DNA from: a virus
Taxonomy: Duplodnaviria; Caudoviricetes
Virus record (IMG/VR): IMGVR_UViG_3300030372_004711
Coordinates: 1 to 27,413 of that record
Direction: 5' to 3' (one strand)
DNA: 27,413 nt
A model generated the notes under the pieces. The model was given only the letters and a program-made list of their open reading frames with translations, was not told the origin of the DNA and searched no databases. The first letter of the stretch is position 1. Every line of letters begins with the position of its first letter. A program made the position numbers and the translations under genes. Positions 9,446 through 17,513 of this stretch are shown piece by piece.

Positions 9446-9498
9446 CAACCAAGCCCGCACAAGCGGGCATAACCCACAACCATAGGACAACAACAATG
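9446..9498 (+). repeat. Hairpin-leader repeat, copy 2
   Basis: CAACCAAGCCCGCACAAGCGGGCATAACCCACAACCATAGGACAACAACAATG; differs from copy 1 by 2 substitutions and 1 indel. Confidence 0.9.
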
Positions 9499-9792
9499 AA
9501 AACAATACTTATAGAATGGAAAAGCGGATTACGCCAAGTACACACCGACACAACAGAGAACCTTCTTGATCTCTTGGTTATGGAGATCGATCACATCGAG
9601 GAAGTGGAATACGTTGAACATATCGATAAAAGAAACGAAGTGAAAGTCATCAGAGACAGGCTAGGCCTCACACAACAACAATTTGCTGATAAGATTGGGG
9701 TTGCTCGTGAAACGGTTAGCAAGTGGGAAAACCACCATTTTATCATCTCAGAAGAGAACCAACAAAAGATCGAGGAACTGATCAATGCTTGA
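9496..9792 (+). CDS. XRE/Cro-C1 family HTH regulator
   Basis: C-terminal VKVIRDRLGLTQQQFADKIGVARETVSKWEN. Confidence 0.9.
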   Translation: MKTILIEWKSGLRQVHTDTTENLLDLLVMEIDHIEEVEYVEHIDKRNEVKVIRDRLGLTQQQFADKIGVARETVSKWENHHFIISEENQQKIEELINA

Positions 9793-10021
9793 CATACTCG
9801 CATCATTCGCACAAAACGAGTTCCGCACATTGCTGCACGTGCTTTGCTCAATACTCGCAACCGGCACATATTATTATTTCTTTTGCATCATCATAGGAGA
9901 TCCCATGCAACCAAAGCTCAACGAAAGAACAGTACGAAAGCTTATCGCTAGATTTGGCCGTAAAAGTACAGAAAAATATTTACAACAATACGGAAAAACG
10001 ATAAGCAATTATGAAAGATAA
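9785..10021 (+). CDS. Hypothetical protein (may instead start at internal MQPKL)
   Basis: Overlaps the HTH stop; hydrophobic N-half, basic C-half; internal AGGAG RBS before MQPKL. Confidence 0.55.
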   Translation: MLDILASFAQNEFRTLLHVLCSILATGTYYYFFCIIIGDPMQPKLNERTVRKLIARFGRKSTEKYLQQYGKTISNYER

Positions 10022-10033
10022 TTTTTCCTTGTG

Positions 10034-10069
10034 CCCGCTCTTCAACTGACTTGCAAGAGCGGGTTTTTT
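10034..10069 (+). terminator. Rho-independent terminator
   Basis: CCCGCTCTT...AAGAGCGGG followed by T6. Confidence 0.8.
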
Positions 10070-10089
10070 ATTTTCTTTGGATATGCAAA

Positions 10090-10782
10090 ATGAGACTAAG
10101 GCCTTTTTTTTCGTATTATGGAAGCAAATGGACGATTATTGACAAATACCCGAAACCAAACACGGATACGATCATAGAGCCTTTTGCCGGATCTGCACAA
10201 TATGCAACAAGATACCCATCAAAAAAAGTAATCTTATACGATCTTGATGAAAACATATATCAGATATGGAAATACTTAATATGTGTAAGTGAAAAAGAAA
10301 TAATGGGCATGGATTTAAATTTTGACCACATACAAGAATCAAGGCTCACGCAAGAACAAAAAATACTTGTTGGATTTTGGATCGCGCAAGGCGGTGCATC
10401 TCCCGCAAAGACAAGAACAAAAAGATCTATTGAAAACGGGATTCTGTGGAAAGAAAGAACATGCTGTCAACTGCAATATATAAGACATTGGGAGATCTAC
10501 AATACATCTTACGAGCAAATAGAGGATCATCATGCAACATGGTTTATTGATCCCCCATATCAAAACAAAGGGTATTGTTACAAAAAATCAAGTAAGCACA
10601 TAAACTATCCTCGCCTCTCTCAATGGTGTAAGGAAAGAAAAAAAGAATACATAGTCTGTGAAAATAATGGAGCTGATTGGATGCAATTTAAGGATCTATG
10701 TAGCCTTAAAAATATGAGGAATGCACAAACAAGAGAGGTTTATTGCACAAACATAATGGATAGACAATTGTATTTATGGTGA
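10090..10782 (+). CDS. DNA adenine methyltransferase, Dam/D12 (alpha) class
   Basis: FSYYGSKW, IEPFAGSA (SAM binding), YDLDE, FIDPPY (catalytic); start moved to ATG 10090. Confidence 0.88.
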   Translation: MRLRPFFSYYGSKWTIIDKYPKPNTDTIIEPFAGSAQYATRYPSKKVILYDLDENIYQIWKYLICVSEKEIMGMDLNFDHIQESRLTQEQKILVGFWIAQGGASPAKTRTKRSIENGILWKERTCCQLQYIRHWEIYNTSYEQIEDHHATWFIDPPYQNKGYCYKKSSKHINYPRLSQWCKERKKEYIVCENNGADWMQFKDLCSLKNMRNAQTREVYCTNIMDRQLYLW

Positions 10783-11175
10783 TCATTTTCGCTTGAAGAA
10801 CAGATCCTCACATGTTTCCTTCTTCTCGCCATCAAGATTTTTGCATGCATCTTGTATCTCTTTGGTGTTGGCAAGGTTACTGATTGATTCGCAATCGGTT
10901 TGTGAGGTTTGCGAATCGATGCCGCGCGTTTGCATCCGGCAAAACATCTCACGACACAAAAGAGCATCATGCTTCTCGATAAACTCTTTGCCGCATGGCT
11001 CAACCAATAGATCAAGATCGATCAGCTGCTTTTGTACTTCCACTTGCTCTTTGGCAACCTGATCGCCACCAACCGCAACAACCTGCACATCGCTCTTGTT
11101 GGCGTTTTGCACAACCACTGTGCCACCAATACCAACCGCAATGCCAATGATCGCGGCAACAATAATCTCTATCAT
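10783..11175 (-). CDS. Membrane-anchored Cys-rich hypothetical protein
   Basis: ATG 11175 with GAGG RBS; N-terminal hydrophobic helix IIVAAIIGIAVGIGGTVVV; six Cys in the C-half. Confidence 0.7.
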   Translation of the reverse strand: MIEIIVAAIIGIAVGIGGTVVVQNANKSDVQVVAVGGDQVAKEQVEVQKQLIDLDLLVEPCGKEFIEKHDALLCREMFCRMQTRGIDSQTSQTDCESISNLANTKEIQDACKNLDGEKKETCEDLFFKRK

Positions 11176-11177
11176 TT

Positions 11178-11297
11178 TCAACCTCTTGAAAGATACGTCA
11201 GGCAAAACATCACCGTACACAGAAATATTAAGATTGCAAGATCGCTGTCACTGATGGCAACCGGATCGCGATAGTGTGCCCAATATGGATATTTCAT
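11178..11297 (-). CDS. Small putative membrane protein (39 aa)
   Basis: Hand-translated MKYPYWAHYRDPVAISDSDLAILIFLCTVMFCLTYLSRG; GGAGG RBS; fills the gap after the portal stop. Confidence 0.6.
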   Translation of the reverse strand: MKYPYWAHYRDPVAISDSDLAILIFLCTVMFCLTYLSRG

Positions 11298-11298
11298 C

Positions 11299-14200
11299 TC
11301 AATCCTCCACAACCGCGATGATTGTACAGCGGCAATTTATATCCTCAGAAGCCTCACCAAATGCGGCGGGGCTTGGACCGGCGGCGCCCGTTGATCTTAC
11401 AACAAAATCCTCATTGACCCCAACCGTTTGACCGTCAAGTTCCGCATGTGTTTCTCGTACCTTGTCATCACGAGAAGATAACCATTCTTTGCGGATGTTG
11501 ATACCATTCGCGGCGGCGGTTTGATATGCCTGATCGGTTGCCATGTTCACAGCTTTTGTGCTTTCCGTTCGTGCAATGGTGCGCGATCTCTTGATGCCAA
11601 ACTTTGCATCACTCTTGATCTTGCCCGCAATCTCATCAACCGAATCACCTTCCAACAACCCATCCTCAACAATCTTTTTGATTTTGTCGGCGGTGGTTTG
11701 TGCAATCCTCATGGATGCACTATCGATAGCCTGCACAGCGGCGGTGCGTGAGCCAAAGACAAGATCAAGCGGTTTCGATTCTCCGGCCATCGCATACACA
11801 TCATCGAGCGCGTCCGTGCCCGATAAAGTCCACACTGATTCCCATGATCGACCCAAAGACCGTTGCAGCTCAAAGACTTCATCCGCAAAACCGATCAATT
11901 GTTGCCAATCGGTGACCGCCTTGATGATGTGATTGGATCCGCTTGTTTTGCGCTGCGTTATGTACGCCTCAACGCGTTCCACGTATCTCTTTTGTGCGTC
12001 ACGTAGATAAGCATATACAGCGCGCTGAATTTGCTGTTCTGCGGGCCTTTGTCTCTTCTCTAACCAATCATTCCAAAGAGCGGTGCGCTGCTCGCTTTTT
12101 TGTAGCCTCTTCTTTTCCTCCTCAATCAACTCTTTCATGTGGGTTTGCCCGCGCTCACCAACAACAAACCACTTGATTTGCGCAACCGTTCCCGCCAACC
12201 TAAAATCCTGCAAGTGACGTGCGGCCCATGCTTCTCTCTTACGGATCGCCATCTCCTCAGTATCGGTCTTTGGTGTTTTGTCTTGCCTGCTTACGATAGG
12301 CTCCAATCGTCGATACTGGTTATTGCCCTCGATGTTTCCGCCTCTTCTCCATATTTGCGGCCAATTTTCTTTCAAGTCTTTTGCATACTCAGCATCAAAA
12401 ACCCGATACTGTGTATTTGCAAGCGACACCTCTTTATCATCGCCGCGCGTTGGAAAGTTTGTTACGTCGCTGTTTTTCTCTTCGGGTTCCTCCCATGATG
12501 CAAGCGGTGCGGCCTCACCAAATCGATCGTACAGTTCTTTGATCTGTTCATACAACCGCTCTTTGTCTCTTTGCGTTGCTCCCGAAAGATTATAATAACC
12601 CGTGCCAAACTTAGGCTCACCACGTACAGAAGATCCCGCAGCAATCACGCCACGGAAAACGATCTTGAGTTCACCATTGATCATTTTGGCGATGGGCAAA
12701 CGATAGGCATTTGGCTCATCGGTTCCACCACGATTGACAAAGAGAAAGGCCTTCTTGTACAGGTCCATATCCTGATCATCACCAAGGATCTTTTGTGCCT
12801 CTCTTTTTGTAAAGCCCCAATCTTGATCCTTTGCGGCAAGCGGCAAATCTTTCCAACCATAGATCAGGTGCTTTTGCTCCTTCTCCTCTTCCGCATTGGA
12901 TAGCGGGTGATCTTTTGGCAAGAGGTCTGTATCATATGGGGATCGTCGATACTTGCCGGTGCGCAATGCATATAAGAGGCCATTGACGCGACCCATACTC
13001 CATTGGTTTGCGGATCCTACGCTGGGTCTAACTGAGGCAGGGTTTGAATAGTACGCGGCCAACCCACGATGATACGATGTTGCAAGATAGTTTACGTTTG
13101 TCAGTCTCTTCTTTGGGTTGTCGCCGTATTCCTCGTTGTGTTCTTTACCCTTTTTTTTTAAGGATTTTTGGGTTGCCTCACTCAAGGCATCCATTGCCTC
13201 TTTTGCGTTGCTCTTCAATCCATAATTTGTTTCCTGCTTTTGGATGGTCTTGAGTAGGATTTGCATGGCGCGCACGTTTTGGCCTTCCTCATCACCAACA
13301 TCTTGTGCCGGTGTTTCGCGCTCATCTTGTGGAATGATTGGTGCATCTTCCATACCCTCGAACTGATAAGCCTCAGCGGGATCCATGCCATTGAGGATAT
13401 GCTTGGTGATCCGATCTAGCTGTGCATTGCGTATATCCTGCAACGCCTCAACACCTGAGTAATCAATCTCAACGCGTAGATCCTTATCAAACCGCCTGGC
13501 AATCTGTGTGAGGATGTGTCCAATTCTCTTGCCGCGCTTGGTTTGTACTTCCCAATAGTTTTGCGCTTGTTGCCTTGATACCGCAAAGTTTGCACTGTTA
13601 TCACCAAGTACGGAAGGAGGAACACCAAAGACCGCGCTGATCGCTTGGCGGGTATAGTCTCGCACCGCTTGGAATTCAAGATCGCGCGGGGATACCTGTA
13701 AAGGCTCTATTTTTACTTGTCCACTCAGCACCATTGCACCGCCCTCACCACTCATGCCTTTGTACGCATCGAGGATGGCGCGCCTTTGCTCATAATCCCA
13801 TATATCAGCTTCATCAGCGGGCGATATGAGTATATCTGGCCGGCCTTTCTTTGCGGCATCACTTGCAAGCTTTTGCGCGCTAATATCTGCGCTTATTTCT
13901 CTTTGCAATGGTTGGATACCTCCAAGACCATACAACGCATTGACACCATCACCCCACGATGCCAATTGCGTATATACAACACGATCAACGGGATACTCAA
14001 CAACGTTGCCGGAATCCTCAAACTCAAAGCCTTTGATCCCGATTATTGGATCGGTCACGATCTTGGTTTGCTCTGGATGCAATCGGAAGACCGAAGCGGG
14101 CACATCTGTTGATCCGGCAAGAAGTGCATAACATCCACCGGTCAGCATGAGATCGACAACCAATTGCTCGCGAAAAGAGAAGCCATCAACATATGTGCTT

Positions 14201-14508
14201 GGTTGCTCCATGAGATCAAGAAACGGGTGTTCTTCGATAATTTGCGACCGCTCACCTTTGCCTTTAATAAGCTTGATTGGAAGTGCCGCAAGATCTTGTG
14301 ATGCTCTTGATACAGCGGCATACACATATGAATGAGAAGCAAACGCAGCCATTGAGATCTTTGCCGGATATGGATTCCTTGCGCCTTGTGCGCGCTCCCA
14401 ATCCGCACCATGTGCAGGCCTTTCAGGTTTATCCACTTGCTTTGCAAATGCCTTGGTTATACGTTGCCAAAATGTCAGTGGTTTTGCGGGCAAATCTTTA
14501 CTCATCAT
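11299..14508 (-). CDS. Portal protein (HK97 family) fused to internal domains and C-terminal MuF head morphogenesis domain
   Basis: N-terminal VYAAVSRASQDLAALP and ISAVFGVPPSVLG (portal); C-terminal RTIARTES, KEWLSSRDDKVRETH and INCRC (MuF); single 1069-aa ORF. Confidence 0.92.
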   Translation of the reverse strand: MMSKDLPAKPLTFWQRITKAFAKQVDKPERPAHGADWERAQGARNPYPAKISMAAFASHSYVYAAVSRASQDLAALPIKLIKGKGERSQIIEEHPFLDLMEQPSTYVDGFSFREQLVVDLMLTGGCYALLAGSTDVPASVFRLHPEQTKIVTDPIIGIKGFEFEDSGNVVEYPVDRVVYTQLASWGDGVNALYGLGGIQPLQREISADISAQKLASDAAKKGRPDILISPADEADIWDYEQRRAILDAYKGMSGEGGAMVLSGQVKIEPLQVSPRDLEFQAVRDYTRQAISAVFGVPPSVLGDNSANFAVSRQQAQNYWEVQTKRGKRIGHILTQIARRFDKDLRVEIDYSGVEALQDIRNAQLDRITKHILNGMDPAEAYQFEGMEDAPIIPQDERETPAQDVGDEEGQNVRAMQILLKTIQKQETNYGLKSNAKEAMDALSEATQKSLKKKGKEHNEEYGDNPKKRLTNVNYLATSYHRGLAAYYSNPASVRPSVGSANQWSMGRVNGLLYALRTGKYRRSPYDTDLLPKDHPLSNAEEEKEQKHLIYGWKDLPLAAKDQDWGFTKREAQKILGDDQDMDLYKKAFLFVNRGGTDEPNAYRLPIAKMINGELKIVFRGVIAAGSSVRGEPKFGTGYYNLSGATQRDKERLYEQIKELYDRFGEAAPLASWEEPEEKNSDVTNFPTRGDDKEVSLANTQYRVFDAEYAKDLKENWPQIWRRGGNIEGNNQYRRLEPIVSRQDKTPKTDTEEMAIRKREAWAARHLQDFRLAGTVAQIKWFVVGERGQTHMKELIEEEKKRLQKSEQRTALWNDWLEKRQRPAEQQIQRAVYAYLRDAQKRYVERVEAYITQRKTSGSNHIIKAVTDWQQLIGFADEVFELQRSLGRSWESVWTLSGTDALDDVYAMAGESKPLDLVFGSRTAAVQAIDSASMRIAQTTADKIKKIVEDGLLEGDSVDEIAGKIKSDAKFGIKRSRTIARTESTKAVNMATDQAYQTAAANGINIRKEWLSSRDDKVRETHAELDGQTVGVNEDFVVRSTGAAGPSPAAFGEASEDINCRCTIIAVVED

Positions 14509-14553
14509 GTCACCTCTCGATTGTACTATAGCACGATAACAAAGAGATTGCCC

Positions 14554-14584
14554 AAATACAACAATGGCCGCATTGCGCGGCCAT
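14554..14584 (-). terminator. Probable terminator hairpin after the 14604 gene
   Basis: ATGGCCGC-GCAAT-GCGGCCAT then a weak U-rich tail. Confidence 0.5.
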
Positions 14585-14603
14585 GTGCGGGCTTGGTTGG
14601 TTG
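14584..14603 (-). repeat. Partial third copy of hairpin-leader repeat
   Basis: CAACCAACCAAGCCCGCACA right after the stop codon; matches 9443-9461 over 19 nt. Confidence 0.75.
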
Positions 14604-14921
14604 TTATCGTGATAGTTGATCTCTGATCATTTGCTTAAAGCCTTGTGGCGTAAGGTCATACCCTTTTCTTTTTAGCTCTTTCTTGATGTGAGGTTGAATG
14701 TATCCGGTTTCCTCAACGATTTGCAAAGGAGCAAGGCCGGTGCTTTCTTTTGCAAAGTAATCCTCAGCTGTCCAGTTTTTGCGAAGGTGGGTCATAAATG
14801 TTGCGATCGATCCTTTTTGGTACTTGAATCTTGCAACGATCTTTCGATCTGTGTTTTCGCCTTGTTGGAAGATGATAAGATTGCCTTGTCTTGTTAGATT
14901 TTGCTTTGTAAATGGTGTCAT
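14604..14921 (-). CDS. Hypothetical protein
   Basis: 105 aa with its own promoter, GAGG RBS and downstream hairpin. Confidence 0.8.
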   Translation of the reverse strand: MTPFTKQNLTRQGNLIIFQQGENTDRKIVARFKYQKGSIATFMTHLRKNWTAEDYFAKESTGLAPLQIVEETGYIQPHIKKELKRKGYDLTPQGFKQMIRDQLSR

Positions 14922-14952
14922 GTTGACCTCGTTTGTTGTTGGTTACTTAGTT

Positions 14953-14981
14953 AGTATAGGATGATTATAATATAATGTCAA
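14953..14981 (-). promoter_or_regulatory. Sigma70-like promoter with operator in spacer
   Basis: TTGACA-17 nt-TATACT; plus-strand ATGATTATAATATAAT at 14961-14976. Confidence 0.85.
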
Positions 14982-15018
14982 TGGCTCAATCAAAAATAAA
15001 TAAAAAAAGATTGGTTTT

Positions 15019-15300
15019 TTACAACCAATCACCGTTTACCTTGCATGCAGTGATGCCAAACCATGCACCGAACAGATCAACAACGTCAAAAATATCGTTG
15101 TCAAAGTCCTCATATTCGGGCATGGTAAGAATGAAGTAACAAATATCATCATCATCAAAGAAGGATACTGTGTTCTTTGTTTTGTACTCTTGTTTGTTAA
15201 ATACTTCCGATTCATTCAGCTCCGATAGGATCGCATCAATGTCGCGATCCTCGAGGATAAAATTTCTTTTGCATTTTATGTTGTTTTTTCTTGTTGTCAT
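15019..15300 (-). CDS. Acidic hypothetical protein
   Basis: 93 aa with its own promoter and GAGG RBS. Confidence 0.8.
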   Translation of the reverse strand: MTTRKNNIKCKRNFILEDRDIDAILSELNESEVFNKQEYKTKNTVSFFDDDDICYFILTMPEYEDFDNDIFDVVDLFGAWFGITACKVNGDWL

Positions 15301-15331
15301 GTTGACCTCGATTGTTGTTGGTTACCTTCTT

Positions 15332-15360
15332 ATAATAAATGATTATAATATAATGTGCAA
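15332..15360 (-). promoter_or_regulatory. Sigma70-like promoter with operator in spacer
   Basis: TTGCAC-17 nt-TATTAT; plus-strand ATGATTATAATATAAT at 15339-15354; leader nearly identical to that of the 14921 gene. Confidence 0.75.
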
Positions 15361-15372
15361 ATAAATAAATGA

Positions 15373-15684
15373 TTATTTTTGCTTTTCTTTTTGGATCCTT
15401 GCAATCTCACGCTCAAAACCCGATCTATCAAGATCAAAAGCTACAAGTATTTCCTCAATTGGCAATGCATCATCTTGCACCATTGCATACAAAAGATCAT
15501 CATGCATGGCTTTTGGGTATTCGCTTTTGAACACCATAACCTCATTTCTCAACCGCGCCCGCAATCCCATGATTGTAACTTGTAGCTTGATCAATGCGTT
15601 GGTACCTCTATGCAGTAACCTCACAGTATCGAGCATTTGCATTTCAAGGCACTGCGGATCTATTTCGTTATCACTCATCGTCAT
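15373..15684 (-). CDS. Hypothetical protein
   Basis: 103 aa, GAGG RBS, overlaps upstream gene. Confidence 0.7.
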   Translation of the reverse strand: MTMSDNEIDPQCLEMQMLDTVRLLHRGTNALIKLQVTIMGLRARLRNEVMVFKSEYPKAMHDDLLYAMVQDDALPIEEILVAFDLDRSGFEREIARIQKEKQK

Positions 15685-15940
15685 ACCTCAACAAAGGCGG
15701 GTTATCAAAAACTGGTAACATGGTGATTGTATTGTAGTATATCCAATCAATTGCACCATAATAACACAAACCCCAATAACCAATCATTGATTGTATGAGC
15801 AAATCGATCGAATACACAAGGCGATTCTTGTTGCTGTCATAACCGACGATCGCAGGGTTAAAAACCTCTTGCGGTTCCAAGATTACACAATCATCTTGCA
15901 AATCATAACCGCAAATGTTTTTTACTCCCTCCATTTCCAT
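15671..15940 (-). CDS. Hypothetical protein
   Basis: 89 aa, AAGGAG RBS. Confidence 0.75.
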   Translation of the reverse strand: MEMEGVKNICGYDLQDDCVILEPQEVFNPAIVGYDSNKNRLVYSIDLLIQSMIGYWGLCYYGAIDWIYYNTITMLPVFDNPPLLRYDDE

Positions 15941-15970
15941 ATCTCCTTTTTTTAAATATAGATCGCTTAT

Positions 15971-16028
15971 CTAGGTACCCTTATCGGGAAAAATTGCAAT
16001 TTTTGCAATTTCTGATCGATTTACCTAG
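15971..16028. repeat. Nested imperfect inverted repeat downstream of terL
   Basis: CTAGGTA/TACCTAG outer arms, ATCG/CGAT, AAATTGCAA-TTT-TTGCAATTT core. Confidence 0.65.
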
Positions 16029-16064
16029 CAAACGAATCAGGAACAAAACTATTGTACTTTGTTA

Positions 16065-17513
16065 TCAAGATCTGTGCTTCTTGAATCTGTACAAAAAAGC
16101 AATCTCGTATCGCAACGCATCCAACCCATGATCGTGTTGTTTATCCGGTTTGTCTCTTCCTTTTGTCTTGCTCCATTTGTACTTACGAAACTCTTTGATC
16201 AACTCCTTGCATGATTGGAATACCATGAGCGCGGGCACGCCTTCCGCATTGAGCATCAACCGTTCTTTTACAAGATTGATTGTTTCGGATACGCCGTAAT
16301 GTTTTGGTGCAGGCTTGGTTTGCAATCCCAACTCACGAGCCAACAACAACCGGCCGTCCTTACTCTCTGGATCCGCAACAATCCAACGGAGATCGGGATC
16401 CTTTGCGCCAAGCGCAATGATCATGCGGCCATTTTCGAGAGTTGTTTTTTCGGTCTTGTAATACTCTCGATATACATACAAACAATCATTGTCTTGATCG
16501 TGTGCTATCCACAATGCCGCAAATGGGTTGCGTACACCAAAATCGATCGCGATGTCACGCGGCCAATGATCAGGAATCACAAACGGTTTGACCACATGCA
16601 CGGCCCGATCGAACTCTGGATACACCAACCCGCTTTGACTGGTAAACATACCAAAAAGGCGCGCGTTCTGGCTTGCCTCACTGAGGTGTGAAACGGCCCG
16701 CTTGAGCTTGTTGCTCGATATGTACGGGTTATCCAATCCACTCAAAGCATAACGATTGAATCCGCTTGGCGGGTTGTCCACAAAAAAGTCATACAAAAAA
16801 GACAAACCTTTGAGCGGTGTTGCTGTGATCAAGATCTTGCCTTTGGTATCCACAACGCGTAGCATACACTCTTCAAAAACCTCAACGCTTGGCTCTTCAT
16901 CAAGCCATACAAATTTCACTGATGCGCCTTGGAATTTTTCGCGGCCTGCTTCCACCGATAGTGATACGATTCGCCCACCATTGGGCAACCTCATTGAGGC
17001 ACGATCTTGTGCGCGCCATCTTGTATATTTTGTACCGCTTGGTGCGTATTGCTCAAGCTTTGGTCTTCCATACTCGAGTGCATCACCATAAGATAGCGCG
17101 GCATACCATACCGTTTGCGGCTTGCGCTGGATAAGATCTTTTGGTAGGTTGTTGATCTGTAACCATTCTTGCACATACCACTCATCACGACCGGCAGCGA
17201 TCGCAACGGCCAACTGCGCACCAAACTGCGTTTTGCCCGCACGGTTTCCACCGGTACACAAAAAAGCCTCATCGGTTGCAGTAAATCGAATTGCGGCTTC
17301 TCTTTGTGAGGTTCTTTTTTCCTCGATACCACATTGATCGCAACGATACACACCCAAACCGACCATATCCATTGCATTCCCACAACCGCGCGCTCTTTCG
17401 CTTTCCTTGCCTTTCCCGTCCCATCTATGACAATAAGGCACCCACAACCGCGACACCGCAAGAGGATAACTCTTGACGATGTTGATCAACTGGTTGCGGG
17501 CCTTGTATTGCAT
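16065..17513 (-). CDS. terL: Terminase large subunit
   Basis: Walker A GGNRAGKT, Walker B FVWLDEEP, TATP coupling motif, nuclease AIDFG and DHGLDALRY; start moved to TAATG-coupled ATG 17513. Confidence 0.95.
   Translation of the reverse strand: MQYKARNQLINIVKSYPLAVSRLWVPYCHRWDGKGKESERARGCGNAMDMVGLGVYRCDQCGIEEKRTSQREAAIRFTATDEAFLCTGGNRAGKTQFGAQLAVAIAAGRDEWYVQEWLQINNLPKDLIQRKPQTVWYAALSYGDALEYGRPKLEQYAPSGTKYTRWRAQDRASMRLPNGGRIVSLSVEAGREKFQGASVKFVWLDEEPSVEVFEECMLRVVDTKGKILITATPLKGLSFLYDFFVDNPPSGFNRYALSGLDNPYISSNKLKRAVSHLSEASQNARLFGMFTSQSGLVYPEFDRAVHVVKPFVIPDHWPRDIAIDFGVRNPFAALWIAHDQDNDCLYVYREYYKTEKTTLENGRMIIALGAKDPDLRWIVADPESKDGRLLLARELGLQTKPAPKHYGVSETINLVKERLMLNAEGVPALMVFQSCKELIKEFRKYKWSKTKGRDKPDKQHDHGLDALRYEIAFLYRFKKHRS

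Noticed and set aside
9235-9498. CRISPR mini-array
   Set aside because: Only two full repeats, 53-54 bp long, the spacer is a whole gene, each repeat ends in RBS-ATG, and there are no cas genes
10090-10782. Restriction-modification system
   Set aside because: No recognisable endonuclease next to either methyltransferase; treated as orphan enzymes
11299-11500. MuF polymorphic toxin
   Set aside because: Protein ends eight residues after INCRC, so there is no C-terminal toxin domain
12100-13345. Intein in the portal fusion
   Set aside because: No splice-junction (C/S...HN-C/S/T) or LAGLIDADG motifs seen
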